From: Mobula hypostoma
Lineage: Eukaryota
Direction of reading: 5' to 3'
NCBI RefSeq assembly: GCF_963921235.1
Contig: NC_086097.1
Location: forward strand, 185,072,001 to 185,136,000
DNA length: 64,000 nt
Shown: positions 63,045 through 64,000 of the stretch, in pieces
Position numbering within the stretch: position 1 is the first letter of the stretch
Layout of the letters: the number at the start of each line of letters is the position of its first letter
Notes under the pieces: model-generated
Told to the model about the DNA's origin: nothing
What the model saw: only the letters and a program-made list of their open reading frames with translations
Databases searched by the model: none
Made by a program: the position numbers and the translations under genes

Positions 63045-64000
63045 GGAATTCTGATGCAGTGGCCATTACAGAGACTTGGCTGGCACCAGGGCAGGAATGG
63101 ATTCTCAATATTCCTGGATTTCAGTGCTTTAAAAGGGATAGAGAGGGGGAAAAGGGGAGGAGGTGTGGCATTACTGGTCAGGGATACTATTACAGCTACA
63201 GAAAGGGTGGGTAATGTAGCAGGATCCTCTTTTGAGTCAGTATGGGTGGAAGTCAGGAACAGGAAGGGAGCAGTTACTCTACTGGGAGTAATCTATAGGC
63301 CCCCTGATAGCAGCAGAGATACCGAGGAGCAGATTGGGAGGCAGATTTTGGAAAGGTGCAAAAATAACAGGGTTGTTATGATGGGTGACTTTAACTTCCC
63401 TAATATTGATTGGCACCTGATTAGTTCCAATGGTTTAGATGGGGCAGAGTTTGTTAAATGTGTCCAGAACGGATTCCTGTTACACTATGTTGACAGGCCG
63501 ACTAGGGGAATGCCATACTAGATCTAGTATTAGGTAACAAACCGGGTCAGGTCACAGATCTCTCAGTGGGTGAGCATCTGGGGGACAGTGACCACCGCTC
63601 CCTGGCCTTTAGCATTATCATGGAAAAGGATAGAATCAGAGAGGACAGGAAAATTTTTCACTGGGGAAGGGCAAATTATGAGGCTAGAATTTGCGGGTGT
63701 GAACTGGGATGACATTTTTGCAGGGAAATGTACTATGGACATGTGATCGATATTTAGGGATCTCTTGCAGGATGTTAGGGATAAACTTGTCCCAGTGAGG
63801 AAGGTAAAGAATGGTAGGGTGAAGGAATCATGGATGACAAGTGCGGTGGAAAATCTAGTCAGGTGGAAGAAGGCAGCATACATGAGGTTTAGGAAGCAAG
63901 GATCAGATGGGTCTATTGAGGAATATAGGGTAGCAAGAAAGGAGCTTAAGAAGGGGACATGAGAAGGTCTTGGCGAGTAGGGTAAAGGAAAACCCCCAGT
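63045..64000 (+). mobile_element. CR1 ORF2 APE endonuclease + linker, running off the window
   Basis: DAVAITETWL, RGGGVALLVR, GVIYRPP, MGDFNFPNIDW, PTRG, GDSDHRSL, ASRVKENP. Confidence 0.93.

Overview
This is eukaryotic, AT-rich, repeat-dense DNA with no intact protein-coding gene, RNA gene or CRISPR array that I can support. It reads as a large intron or intergenic region of a vertebrate. The repeat mix (many CR1 subfamilies, Rex1/Babar, L2, L1, RTE, R4/Dong, Penelope tails, a Tc1 MITE) suggests a cartilaginous fish, probably a ray; this is inference. Nearly all listed ORFs are fragments or antisense shadows of decayed retroelements. The most interesting signals are: (1) Penelope-like elements whose 3' ends carry minimal hammerhead ribozymes, with two intact cores, several decayed copies, a 145-bp stand-alone insertion and a fold-back insertion, the last two with their own TSDs; (2) a 2.7-kb CAC...GTG DNA transposon with 29-bp TIRs and a 4-bp TSD, carrying an ORF that seems to lack the transposase catalytic core; (3) a SCAN-domain gag remnant of a Gmr1-like Gypsy element; (4) a candidate 18-nt microexon in a repeat-free island. 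Element boundaries without a stated TSD/TIR are approximate.
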